DNA of 64,000 nucleotides from Massalongia carnosa (Eukaryota), in the NCBI GenBank assembly GCA_965645245.1, contig OZ287088.1:558001-622000 (forward strand), in the 5' to 3' direction. Of this stretch, positions 10,877-22,969 are shown piece by piece. The position numbers and the translations under genes were made by a program. The first letter of the stretch is position 1; the number at the start of each line of letters is the position of its first letter. The notes under the pieces were generated by a model, which saw only the letters and a program-made list of their open reading frames with translations, searched no databases and had not been told where the DNA came from.

Positions 10877-13800
10877 AGGACAATAAATCAATTAGCATCC
10901 TACAGTACAATTTCAGAAAAGATCGCGTAAGTACTATAATACCATTGCTAGCGGATTCAAAGATACAGGACTACGACATCATAGCAATCTAGGAGCCGTG
11001 GCACAACCCCCACGCTGCGACCACGCTCAGCCCGCATCAAAGCGGCTTTTATCTACTCTATCGGCCAGGAGGTGACATGTGCTTCTACATCAACGATAAA
11101 ATAGATCCGGAAAGCTGGAAAGTAGAATTTCCAACCGCTGACATATGCACATTGATATTGCACCCCCGCGAGAATGACGGAAGCCACAAGGAAATATACA
11201 TTCACAACGTCTATAATCCATCACCCACCTCATATTCTTCAAGAGACAGCCCCTCTACCCTCTCAGATGCTCAACGCCAGCTCTCCGCCGACGCTCATCA
11301 CATCTTACTCGGGGATTTCAATCTACACTATCCTTTCTGGAATGGAGCCACCAGACCCACGCAACACGCAGCCGCGGATCAGCTGCTAGGTATAGTCGAT
11401 GAAGCCAATCTGTCTCTAACCCTGCCCAATGGAACCGTCACATGGGAAGCCCGGAACTCATTCAGTACAATCCATTTGGTTTTCATGTCAGAAAATTCCT
11501 AACAGAGAGGCTAATTCACTGCATGTCAAGACCAGAACACAACCAGTCATCCGATCACATTCCGATATCCTTCCGCATCTCTTTAGAAAGTGAGACGCTA
11601 ACACAGACAAAACGCAGAGCCTGGAAGCTGCTGAACATGGAAAAGTTGAGAATAGCAGAATGCAACGCTCCCCCGATAACACTTCCTTGTATAGTGGAGG
11701 AGATTGATCGACAGACGGATAAAATACAAAAGTCCTTACATGAAAAAATATCTGCGGCCGTTCCATGGGCAAGGCCTAGTGCTTATGCAAAACCATTCTG
11801 GAACGAGAACTGCAACAACGCCATGAGAGAAACACGCAGAATTCGAAAAATTTGGACAAGCTCTCGAAATCTCAATGACTGGAAAACGTACATGAAATCG
11901 AATAACAAAAAGCAAAACATAATCAAGAAAGCCAAAATATTGTCATTCCGAAACGAGATCAGTAGAGTGTCTGAATCATCTCAGGGCATATGGCGGCTGG
12001 CGAAATAGTCAGAGGACAAGAGTCACAAGGCGCGCGAAACACCAAAAATGCAAACACTGACTTTCAAAATTCTCAGTGCGAACACCTTTGAAGAGAAGGC
12101 TGAAATGCTGAAAGGCATCTTCTTTCCTGCTCCGCCTCCGGCGGATCTACAGGACATACTCGGGTCGGTCTATCTGGTAGCCTCGGAGTGCCCTACAGTC
12201 ATAACGAAGAAAAGAGGTGCTCACGAACATTCTACGCCTCAAATCCGACACGGCTCCTAGACTGGATTGTATACCCAACAGAATTCTCAAAGCGTGCTCT
12301 GAGACACTGACCGAGTTGTTAACTCTTCTATTTCAGGCGTGCGTAAGTCTAGGATATCACCCGCGAGTATTCAGAATAGCGCACACGATAACGCTGAAAA
12401 AGGCGGGCAAAGACAATTACGAAACGCCGAAGGTCTATCGGCCGATAGCACTGCTGAATAAGCTAGGCAAGGTGATAGAAGCTATCATGGCAAGCAAGAT
12501 TACTCACATGGCCGAAAAACACGAGTTACTTACTACCAGGCAGCCAGATAGGAGCCAGACGAAAGGTCTACCGAGTCAGCACTGGAGCTGTTAACCGAAC
12601 AGATTCACACAGTGTGGGGTTAAGGTAATGATAAAGTTGGAACGCTACTCAGCATAGACGTGGCCGGCGCACACGACACGGATTCGCATCAAAGACTGAT
12701 CCGCAATCTTCAAAGAAGAAAAATTCCACAGCGGGTCACCAACTGGATAGAATGCTTTTTGAAAAACAGAAGGACCACTCTTACGATCAACCGACGAACC
12801 ACCTACGAGTTTGATGCGAGAACCGGAATTCTGCAAGGTTCACTCATCTCTCCGATTCTGTATTTGTTCTACAATGCGGATTTACTAGACATATGTAACA
12901 GGCCCGGCACGAAAACGAGCGGACTCGGATTCGTCGATGATATCAATGTACTAGCATATGGAAAAAGCACGCAAGAATTTTTTTATTTTATTTATTCATT
13001 AAGAGTATTCAACCTAAGGTTATGACACTAAACTATTTTAAGATATGGTTTGATTTTACAAATAAATCAACCCTTTATAACCCAACTATGTATCGTCAAT
13101 ATTGCCCCGTTTTTACTCCGTGTTAGTAACAACCTTTAGTAATCGAAATATCGATTTTAAAAATTGTTTTTGTAAAGCTCGTAAATATTCCAGCATAAAT
13201 CATTTCTAATTTTACTGTTCGATCTCTCCCCAACCTCCCGTTTCGATATTTTCGTCATCGAGCTGACCTAGCATCCATTTTCTAGTCGCGATTTTGTTAT
13301 CAACAATAAATTTAATCAAAATATTATTTCCGATCCTAGTTTTAAACAACATTTTTAAAGTAATTGTGGTATCGATATTTTGTTTCATGTTTAGGATTTC
13401 ATTTGAATAATGTATGCAATTCATCAATAAGTGTTCTGGCGTTTGACGTTCGTTGCAGCGCCCTGTGCATTTTGACGAATTATAATCTTTCAATCGGTGC
13501 AGATATGATCGAAAATAACCGTGTCCGAATTTCATTTGCATAATAGTTGCAAAGATTAATTTAGAACAATTATTCGACAGATAATAAAAACTCGATTTGC
13601 CCGGCTGCATTTCGAAGTTCTCATAGTATTTGCCTTTTGACTTGCATTGTTGCCATTGATTCGCCCATGTGGCTAACATATTTCGATTTATTTGACCCTT
13701 CACATAATCAAATGTTATTATCGAAGACTCGACTAGGATTCGACTATGTCCCGCTTTTGCTGCTTTATCTGCAATTTCATTTTCGACGATTTTCGAATGA

Positions 13801-16800
13801 CTAGGAATCCATTGTAGAACCCCTGATAATTGTTTCCGAATAAGCATTTCGAGAATTTTCGAATTTGTTTTGCGTAAGTATGATTTGTCAAGTTCTGAAT
13901 TTCGTTTATCGCGTTTATGCTATCGGAAAAAATCCAAATCGTTTTCTCCAAATTGAAGAGAATATTCGCAATTGTCAATTTGTATGCCCATTTTATTGCT
14001 TGTAGTATCGCATACTGTTCAGCGTTTTTAACGCTTGACTCTTTGTTTAATTTCCAGCTTTTCGAAATCGTATGATGTTTGAGGAGACAATCTTTTTCGA
14101 TAAAACGATTGAAGTTATCGGTGAAATTGTTCCAATTACGCGTAATTGGTGCAAATGTGACAGCGGAAGTTGAAAACTCGGTTTTTGATCCATCGGTATA
14201 GAGTAAAATTTGCGATTTATCGGCGTTTATTGATTGAATTTTTGATAAAGTCGAATAATAACTTGACTTTGCTTTTTCTTTGGATCTTTCGATTTGGAAC
14301 TTGATTTTACAAGACGGCTTCCATGGTTTGATGAAATTATTTACTTATTCGAATTCATCAGTTTTGTGAACTATATCCGAAACGGAATGAAGAATACGGA
14401 TAAGCTGACTAGGATGAGGTTTATTCGATTTTTTCTCGTCTTCGTTCCATTCAGCATATCTGTTGTTCCATAAACTAGTGTCAAAACCAATGTTTTCAAA
14501 TTTCACCGTATAGGTACTGGGAATTCTTTGACAAATAGGATTATTTTCGGCAATCTTCAATAATCGAATTGCGTATTTTTGATTTTTCATCAACAATCGT
14601 AGCTTGGCTGGTAAAATATGCGATTCAATTTCTATCGCCTGAACAGGCGTCGTTTTGAATGTGCCTAAAATCTTTCGAATCATTCGATTTTGCAGATTCT
14701 GAAATAGCTTTTCATATTTCTTTTGACCGTTATACCAGATTTCTGAGCCATAGTCCTAAATAGGAATAATGCATGACAAATAGAGCTGTCTGCATGCAGT
14801 TGGCTTTAGTCCCCATTCAGACTTCATTAAATTTTGAATTGCGAAAAACGATCGATTTGCAGAAGCAATTCGCGTTCCGACGTGTTTTTTGTAATTTAGT
14901 TTTCGGTCTAACCAGACTCCTAACCATTTGACAGAATTTTTCGGTTCTAGTATTGTCCCGTTTGGTAATTGCACATTGTCTTTTGATGCATTTCTTGACT
15001 TTTCGAAGTGAATCAACTCAGATTTGTCGTCATCAAATTTGACATTATTCGTTGCGGCCCAATCAAAAGCTGTTTTGACAATAATTTCGATTTCTTTGCA
15101 ATTCTGTATGGCAGTTTTATTTTCGACATATATTGCAACATCGTCTATAAAGCTAGGTGAATGAGCATTGAATTTCATTCGTATTTTCGGAAATAAGTAA
15201 CGAATATAAATCAGAAATAGAATTGGCGAAATAGGTGAACCTTGTGGAATTCCAGATTCGATATAGTACGTTTTGCTTTTGTGTTCATCGAATATCAAAT
15301 TGATCGATCGTTTTGTCATAAAATGCTTGACCCATTGAATAACTGTGCGAGATAAATGCAGCTTTTTCATGACATTTAGCAATTGATTAATCGAAACAAA
15401 GTCAAATGCTCCTTTGACATCGAGTAATAGACATGATAAAACGTTTTTGTTTCGGTTTGCGATTTCGATATCTTGAACGACGTTCATTACCGCATCGATT
15501 GCAGAATGATTTTTCCGTCCGCCCATTTGTTCGGTATCTAACAAGCTCGAATTTTCGCCGAGGTAGGCTAGTCGATTAGCAACTATTTTCTCCGCAATTT
15601 TACCAAGACAATTCAGTAAGGTAATAATTCGATATGATTTTGGCAGCGAGTAGTCTGGTTTATTAGGTTTTTTTAAAACAGCACCGAGTCCTGTTCGCCA
15701 ATATAACGGGTGATAACCGATTTGAATAAATTTAGAATAAATAGTAAAAAACACGTTTTTCAATGGCTGAAACGATTTTTGAATTATTGTGAAATTGATT
15801 GCATCAGGTCCACATGATTTCTTTGGATTAAACAAACTAATCGCATTTTGCAATTCATTTTCGGTTAAATTCGGCCAATTGTTGTCATTTTCGCTGTCTT
15901 GATTCGTTAAATCTTCAATATTATCATCCGTGAACGGGTTTTTTGTGTACATTGCTGACACAAACGCATCGCATTTGTGATCGAATTGAACATTTAACTT
16001 ATTTTCATATTGAATAGGTGGTATTTTTTCGAACGTGCGCGGTTTAGTGTATTTATAAGCTGTAAATACGTCTTTATTTGCTGCGTTTTCGAGGAAAGCC
16101 AACCAAGTTTGCTGTTTCGCTTTTCGAATTGCATGAAAGTACTCGATTCGACTATGTCTAAATGTTTGATGACTAAAATAGGACGGATTATTCTTCCATT
16201 CTCGACGATGTCTACACATGATTTTTCGAAGTCCGGATAAATCTTGCGACCACCAATTTTTCGATTTTGCGCATATTTTTGTCTTCGGAATAAACATTTC
16301 AGCCGCGTTTTTGATAACGTTTTGCAAATATAACGCTGATTCATCAAATTGATAATTGTTCAATAGACTTTGTATTTGGGACTCGTAGTTTATTGCATTT
16401 TCGTCTAGGAACTTCGCGAATTTATCCCAATCGGCTTTATTGCAGTTGTATTTATTCGATAATGCGGTTGCGTGTGACGTCAAGTTCTTGAAAGACGCGA
16501 TAAGTTCAAATCGAATAACTTCATGATCTGAACCCGTGACTGCGTTTTCATCGATTGACCAATTTGTAATTGCGTTTTCGATTTCAAAATTTGCGAATGT
16601 TAAATCAATAATAGATGAAGAGTTTCCTGAATGAGCAAAAAATGTATATAGATCAGGCGTATTTATCAAACTACATTTGTTTAATTTTAACCATTTGACT
16701 AGATTTTCTGATCGAATTGCATTTTGAATCTTCGAATTCCACCAGCTATGATGTGCATTGAAATCTCCATATATGACAAATTGATCAGTTGATATAGGTT

Positions 16801-17205
16801 GATATTTAACTAAAAGTCGATCGATTGTATATGTTTCTCGATCGTTTAGACTTTTTTCATTGTAAAGGTTAAAGATCTGCACTTTTCGAACTTCATCAAT
16901 TGTAATTTCGATAATTTGCAGATCAGTATCGTTTATAAGATCCGTTCTAGGCGTGCATTGTAATTTTGGATTGCATTTTGTAACGAATATAGCTACTCTC
17001 GGCCAATAAGTCGCCATTTTCGGAGCACGCAAGAATATTGCAGAACGCTAGAAAGAATTCACAGAGAATATGAAAGATGGGCTATGCAGCACGGATCCTT
17101 AGTTGCTCCGGCTAACTACGAGCTTATTCATTTATCTAGATATCCAAAGAAATTTGATATGACGGCTACTATTAATATAGAAAACAGCCTAATCAAACCA
17201 AAAGC
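10873..17205 (+). pseudogene. LINE-B ORF2 5' half (APE endonuclease and RT), interrupted by a LINE-A copy at 12979-17023 and cut at 17205
   Basis: ILQYN, LLGDFNLHYPFW, SDHIPI, YRPIALLN, GILQGSLISPILYLFY, GFVDDIN; resumes as ...WAMQHGS...YELIHL...IKPKA. Confidence 0.88.
12979..17023 (-). mobile_element. 5'-truncated LINE family A (subfamily A2) inserted antisense into LINE-B; 13-bp TSD AGCACGCAAGAAT
   Basis: TSD at 12966-12978 and 17024-17036; A-rich tail at the left end; APE-RT ORF 14756..17032 plus RNase H and CCHC fragments. Confidence 0.93.
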
Positions 17206-17717
17206 AGTCTCTTCCTACATCAGATGGGTGTTTTCTATTTCTTGTACGGAGTCCTCTCGATATGATGGCAGCCTATCTGCTCTCTCATATCGGTAGTCCC
17301 GGGCACCCTGCGGTACCCCCTTCATATATCCCCTATCTCCTCCACGGCATTCGGTGAAACGATATCCAAATGATAGAATGATGATAGTTAGGGATTTTGC
17401 CTGAGGATGTCCTGTAGGCGGAGGTCGTAATCTCTAAAAAAGGAATAAAGGTCTGAAATTAATATAAGACCGAAGGTCAAGATAATGTTCGAATAAATTG
17501 GGTGGTGGGTAGGTTTTTGTGCGAATGGATCACTGAGGTTGAGACTGTTTTGGACGAAGGACATCGATAGTAGTAGCTAATAGCTAGTACTCAATGTGTT
17601 AGAAGAGAAATTCATAAAACCCGATCGGTAATTGAAGTCGAAAAGGCAGTTTTTTGGGAACTGTATCAAGTTTAACAGCGACGAAGCGGTTGGTAGGTTC
17701 AACTGTGTCGCTCGATG

Positions 17718-17887
17718 TGTAACGGTTCGACTAAGCGTGGTGCGGACGGCAGGACCTACAGCGAACATAGCAGGATTCCCGGTTATAGTAGAATAGAGCT
17801 TGGTCTGCGTACTAAGTATTGTGCCTTTTGGTCGGAAGGACAGGTGGCGCAATGGTAGAAATCTATTCACTATCTCGCTTCGTCACA
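17718..17887. mobile_element. Solo LTR family Z (170 bp), TSD CGATG
   Basis: TGTAAC...GTCACA; CGATG at 17713-17717 and 17888-17892; second copy at 25824. Confidence 0.9.
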
Positions 17888-18138
17888 CGATGGCCGAGTG
17901 AATATTTGATTTGGCGACCTCTTATCTTCGGCGATTTGGCTTGTTTGTCTTCCGCTAAATACACGTATCGAGCTGCCGTTTTCACTTGATTTGTCTCTTG
18001 ACCCTCAAGAGACTCGTAATCAGTTGCCGAAGTACTAATTCTCTATCACCAAAAGAGACCGTAAAAAGCTGAGGGAATTCAGAGTAATCACGCGCTCTGA
18101 CCGAAGACAAGCACATATCTCCCTTTATCCATGCCTAT

Positions 18139-18667
18139 TATAAGAAGGACAGTAGACACTAGTCCTTATGGGTTATAATGCTCAGTGTGACTGCTAATAG
18201 ATTGGTAGGTGCTAAAGCTAAAAGCTGATTCCCTGAAGATGGGAATCGAGCTTTCTATATACCCCTTGGGGTCCTATTTACTAACTACTTGTCTGGTTAC
18301 CTGTCTGCCTTGTTGCCTTCAGCTGAGGTCTAGTAGATAGCCTTGCTGCCTTCAGCTGAGGTCTAGCAGATAACCTTGTTGCCTTCAGCTGAGGTCTAGC
18401 AGATAGCCTTGTTGCCTTCAGCTGAGGTCTAGCAGATAGCCTTGTTGCCTTCAGCTGAGGTCTCCTAGGCGTCCCAGGCCTCCCATGAGGTCGAGGCTTA
18501 TCTGAATAGCTTCAGTTGCTGCCTAACAAACTGGTAAGGCTGATTGCTGATGGCTTAGTATTGCTATCCGCCTTATCATGACTAAGCATCCAGATTATCA
18601 GTCACCCGGTCTTCTTGGGTGAGTCATCCCAGGAGCTAGCGCAGTCCTGTATTGCCGCGCTATTACA
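18139..18667 (-). repeat. 3' LTR of Gypsy 2, containing ~5 copies of a 33-bp tandem unit at ~18307-18463
   Basis: Direct repeat of 24170-24698; unit gccttgttgccttcagctgaggtctagcagata. Confidence 0.95.
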
Positions 18668-18670
18668 ATT

Positions 18671-18682
18671 ACCTCCCTTCTA
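18671..18682 (-). promoter_or_regulatory. Polypurine tract of Gypsy 2
   Basis: The minus strand reads AGAAGGGAGGT-aat immediately before TGTAAT of the 3' LTR. Confidence 0.8.
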
Positions 18683-19044
18683 GTAATGAGCTTCTGCGAA
18701 ATTCATCCCAGGTAGTTCGTGCGTTCAGCCCATCATCGCGTGGTAATTGCAAGCGGTTAATCGTGCCGATGGCTTTAACGTCGATGGCCGCTTGAATGCA
18801 GGCTAGCAAGAGTTGGATTTTGTAAGAGCTTGGAAGATATTAGGATAACATAACTTGATGCTCTGGCTCAGCCTCATTAAAAACCTCCCACCTCCCTTCT
18901 AGGGAAGGTGCTAGGAAAAGAGCTACTGGCCTGGATGGAATCGAGCATGACGTTACTGCAACACATTGCTGAGCTCCTAGCGCAGCCTCATTAAAAACCT
19001 CCAACCTTTTTTCGTGGGCAGGTGGTAGGAAAAGAGTGCTGGCC

Positions 19045-20538
19045 TTATTTAGTCCTCTTTGTGCGTCGTCCTGTTTCTTTCGCTAATGAGGGAGTCCTAG
19101 TGGCCTGAGGGGTGGACTTTGCTGTTGGCTTGGTAGGATTTTTCTCATGAAATTCCCTCAATAGCTTTCGTAGATGTTTGACGCCGGCGACGGGCTCCCA
19201 TGTGTCTTCCGCGTCGGGATAACCTTTCCAATGCACTAGATAATATAATCCAGCCGGTCGTCCGTCTTCTGCTTCTTTTGCATAGACTGCACTATCTCGT
19301 ATGCACTCTACTTCATACTCTTGCATGTCATCGTCTTCGAATTCAAGCTGTTCAGCCATTTGTTCGTCTACTACCTCCCTTCTGGTGGTGTCTCTTTCCA
19401 GCAGAGACACATGAAAGACTGGGTGTATTTTCCAACTTTTCGGAAGTTCTAGCTCGTAAGCTTGAGTGCCTACAGGCCTCAACACCTTAAAGGGACCCAA
19501 GAACTTATGCTCAAGCTTCTTGTTCCTTTTCGTCTTAATATGTTTGCTGTTTAGCCAAACCATATCATCGGGAGCGTAGCAACGTTCTTTCACCGTTCTA
19601 TTGTGATATTTGGCTTGATTGTCTTGGGCTAATTGCAGGTTATTTTTCAACTCTGCTAACAAATCGCGTAGATTTTTAGCCTGTTCCTCAGCTGTCTTCG
19701 ACTTCGATCGAGGGTCTTGGTTATCTTCATAACTCATCCTTGGGTGGTAGCCTATATTAGCCTCGAACGGGGTGAGCTTGGTGCTTGAATGACGGGTGTT
19801 ATTGTATGCAAATTCAGCGGTAGGGAGCCATTGCACCCAGTCATCTTGCTCGAAACGGCAGTAAGACCTAAGGTAAGCTTCCATGGTACTATTTTGACGT
19901 TCTGTCTGACCGTCTGTTTGTGGATGGAAGGCTGTGCTTAGCCTACGCTTTATCTTCATGTAATAGCATAGGGATGACCAGAAGTTTGATGTAAATAGCG
20001 AGCCCCGATCGGTGAATATGGAGTCAGGTAGGCCGTGATACTTGAACACGCAGTGCCTTAGCACTTCAGCTAACTGTTCAGCAGTCAGCGTTTTCTTCAC
20101 TGCCTCATAGTGCACCATCTTGGTGAGCCTATCAACGACGACTAGGATAGAGTCATAATCAACTCCCCTCCAGTCCTTACTCTTAGGTAAGCCAGTGACG
20201 AAGTCCATCGTAATGTCCTTCCACTTATGAGTTGGTATAGGCAACGACTGCAAGTTTCCATAAGGCTTATGCCTCGTAGCTTTGCTACTCATGCAGACGT
20301 CGCAACCCTCTACATAGCGTGCTATGTCTGACTTCATCGATGGCCAGTAGTACTTTCTACTCACTAGCTCAATCGTCTTGTCTTTCCCGAAGTGCCCTGC
20401 CAGCGGATCATCATGATTTAACTCAAGAATTTCTCCTCGTAAGGAGGCTGGGATGTAGGCCTTTCCTTCATAGACAGTGGTCCGAGTCCGACCATGGCTC
20501 GCTGGAGGGCGCCACCTCCTGGGTCCCCGACACGTCAC
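19045..20538 (-). CDS. pol: Integrase plus chromodomain of Gypsy 2 (out of frame with RT-RH; true coding begins ~20470)
   Basis: HHCC (HDDPLAGH...CDVC), D,D35E core (MDFV, TDRG, QTERQN), GPF motif, chromodomain EYEVECI...YLVHWKGYPDAEDTWEP. Confidence 0.92.
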   Translation of the reverse strand: MTCRGPRRWRPPASHGRTRTTVYEGKAYIPASLRGEILELNHDDPLAGHFGKDKTIELVSRKYYWPSMKSDIARYVEGCDVCMSSKATRHKPYGNLQSLPIPTHKWKDITMDFVTGLPKSKDWRGVDYDSILVVVDRLTKMVHYEAVKKTLTAEQLAEVLRHCVFKYHGLPDSIFTDRGSLFTSNFWSSLCYYMKIKRRLSTAFHPQTDGQTERQNSTMEAYLRSYCRFEQDDWVQWLPTAEFAYNNTRHSSTKLTPFEANIGYHPRMSYEDNQDPRSKSKTAEEQAKNLRDLLAELKNNLQLAQDNQAKYHNRTVKERCYAPDDMVWLNSKHIKTKRNKKLEHKFLGPFKVLRPVGTQAYELELPKSWKIHPVFHVSLLERDTTRREVVDEQMAEQLEFEDDDMQEYEVECIRDSAVYAKEAEDGRPAGLYYLVHWKGYPDAEDTWEPVAGVKHLRKLLREFHEKNPTKPTAKSTPQATRTPSLAKETGRRTKRTK

Positions 20539-22969
20539 TGTCTTTCAAGGTAGCTAACCTTTTCCGAACAGTGATAGCGACCTCGTCAACCTGTTGCAAC
20601 TCAGGAAGACGCTCTAATACTCCCCTAGAAGCGGGTTGAGTATAAGGTGACTCGCGCTGTGCGAGAGAGTTTCGCAATGAACTCCAGTATGCCTTCACCT
20701 TCGGAACAACCAATGTTCCGCATGTTATGATCTTCCATATTTCACCGTGGTGAGACCCCGTCGGGCCAGAAGCATCATCTAACGACTCCCCTGACATTGC
20801 CCTCATTAGACAAACGCGTGCGTTCTTATCTGCTAGGGATGTCTGCAAAAGGTGGAGCGTTTTGCGGTTTTCAACCAGCACTTCGCCATCATCATCGCCA
20901 GCGGTAGGAGGTCTTGACAGCCCATCGGCTGGGTTCCTCTTACCCTGACGATAATCGATGCGGAAATTATACCTGGAAAGCTCTTGAGCCCACCTTACTT
21001 GCCTGCCGCTTAGGCGCTTGGTATCCATAAACCTCGTAAGGTTATTGTGATCAGTCAACACGAGAATTTCGTGAGACGACCCCTCAAGGTAATGTCTCCA
21101 AATTTTGAAGGCCTCGACTATCGCTAATAGTTCAGCATCATGGGTCTCGTAATTACGCTCAGCCGGTAGCATCTTGCGTGAGTAATAGGCAACAGGGTGC
21201 CATTGTCCCTCGTCATCTTGCTGAGCCAATATGCCGCCAATAGCATAACCTGACGCATCGGTTTCCACGCGTACTGGTTTACTAGCATCGTAATGCCTTA
21301 GTACCGGGGCCTCTATGAACGACTTTTTCAGCTTCTCAAAAGCCTCTAGAGCTTCCTCCGTAAGGAACTCGCATTCGACACCCTTAGGTGCTTTCTGTCT
21401 ATGATTAGCGGGCTTTGTTTTCAGCATAGCGGTAAGTGGCCCTGCTATTTTACTGAACCCACGAATGAATCGTCTATAGAAATTGGCGAAGCCTATGAAC
21501 ACCTGTATATCGCGTACGCATGTGGGCCGTGGCCAATTTTGCACTGCTTGGATGCGATCTTTTCGCATATAAACACCCTTAGGATTGATGACATAGCCTA
21601 GGAATTCGACTTCGTCGGTGCTGAATCGGCATTTTTGTAAGTTACAAAATAAGCCATGCTTGCGGAGTTGTTCTAACACCCATCGCACAGCATCTTCATG
21701 GGCCTTACCCTTCTGTTCGGTATAGATCAGTATATCATCCAAATAAACGATGCAGAAGACATCCAGTTTTAGTGCCAACGCTTTATTGATATAGGCTTGG
21801 AAGGAGGCCGGAGCATTGGATAATCCGAACGGCATGACGCAGTATTCGAAATGGCCATATCGGGTGCGAAAGGCTGTCTTCCATTCGTCGCCTTTCTTAA
21901 TTCTGATGCGATTATAGGCTGCAGTCAAATCCAATTGGGTGTACTGTTTGGCCCGTCCTAGTCGATCTAAAGACTCGCCTACTAATGGTAGCGGGTAGCG
22001 ATTTTTAACTGTCAGATTGTTCAGACCCCTATAATCCACGCAGAGCCTCAGGGTACCATTTGCCTTAGGCACGAAGAGAATAGGAGCTCCAGCTGGTGAG
22101 GTAGATGGCCGGATAAACCCATTAGCCAGGTGAGCATCGAGGTAGGCCCTTAGCACTGTGAGCTCTGTTTCTGATAGGCTATAAATAGGTCCATATGGAG
22201 GCTGCTTTCCATCCACGAGGTCGATCGCATGATCATGTAGCCCGTGCTCTGGTAGCTCGGCTGCACTATCTTCCGAAAAGACATCTGCGAAATCCTTATA
22301 AGCCTCAGGGACCTTGATTTCTTGTACCTTCACTGAGGCTATTCTAGCTCGACGGCTCGAATGGATGTTATCTACACCTAGCGCCTTAGCATGGACCACG
22401 TAGGTCGGTGTATCTTCTGATAACGCCTCTTCTATGAAGACTTCTGGTTCTATAATCTCTATCCGATGAGTAGTCATCAGGGCCGATTGAACGCTTAGTT
22501 CTCGCCAATTCAGGGTCCTTGCTGACCAATCGATATCGGGATTGGCTAGCTGCAGGAATGGCATGCCCAACACGATATTATGAGGTATATCTGCTATTAG
22601 GAATGTTTCCTCAAAGAAACGTTGCTGACCTAATTGATCAGTTACCCCGAACACCAACAGACCCATGCCATGTGTCATGACTTGCTGGTGATTAATAGCT
22701 TCCAAACTGACGCTGGAGTGTAACACTGTCAGAGCGCATATATTTGCGTAAGCTCTAGAAATAAGGTTAACTTCACTTCCGCTGTCAATTAGTGCTTTTG
22801 CTGTTTCTTTAGCGTGTGTTATTTCGTACTCTATGCAGGGTGCGACTTCCAATGTCTTAGGACTTGCCGATGCCTCTTTGATAGTAGTCGCCGGTAGGGA
22901 GGCAGCAGCGGCGACTATGCTTTTTTTGGATGGGGACAGTCTTTTACCCAATGTTCGAGGGATCCACAA
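20468..22969 (-). CDS. pol: Pol (protease, RT, RNase H) of Gypsy 2, reached by -1 frameshift from gag
   Basis: ALIDSGSEVN, LRLCVDYRGLN, VYLDDILIY, VETDASGYAIGG, LTDHNNL, ADGLSR. Confidence 0.95.
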   Translation of the reverse strand: MWIPRTLGKRLSPSKKSIVAAAASLPATTIKEASASPKTLEVAPCIEYEITHAKETAKALIDSGSEVNLISRAYANICALTVLHSSVSLEAINHQQVMTHGMGLLVFGVTDQLGQQRFFEETFLIADIPHNIVLGMPFLQLANPDIDWSARTLNWRELSVQSALMTTHRIEIIEPEVFIEEALSEDTPTYVVHAKALGVDNIHSSRRARIASVKVQEIKVPEAYKDFADVFSEDSAAELPEHGLHDHAIDLVDGKQPPYGPIYSLSETELTVLRAYLDAHLANGFIRPSTSPAGAPILFVPKANGTLRLCVDYRGLNNLTVKNRYPLPLVGESLDRLGRAKQYTQLDLTAAYNRIRIKKGDEWKTAFRTRYGHFEYCVMPFGLSNAPASFQAYINKALALKLDVFCIVYLDDILIYTEQKGKAHEDAVRWVLEQLRKHGLFCNLQKCRFSTDEVEFLGYVINPKGVYMRKDRIQAVQNWPRPTCVRDIQVFIGFANFYRRFIRGFSKIAGPLTAMLKTKPANHRQKAPKGVECEFLTEEALEAFEKLKKSFIEAPVLRHYDASKPVRVETDASGYAIGGILAQQDDEGQWHPVAYYSRKMLPAERNYETHDAELLAIVEAFKIWRHYLEGSSHEILVLTDHNNLTRFMDTKRLSGRQVRWAQELSRYNFRIDYRQGKRNPADGLSRPPTAGDDDGEVLVENRKTLHLLQTSLADKNARVCLMRAMSGESLDDASGPTGSHHGEIWKIITCGTLVVPKVKAYWSSLRNSLAQRESPYTQPASRGVLERLPELQQVDEVAITVRKRLATLKDSDVSGTQEVAPSSEPWSDSDHCL

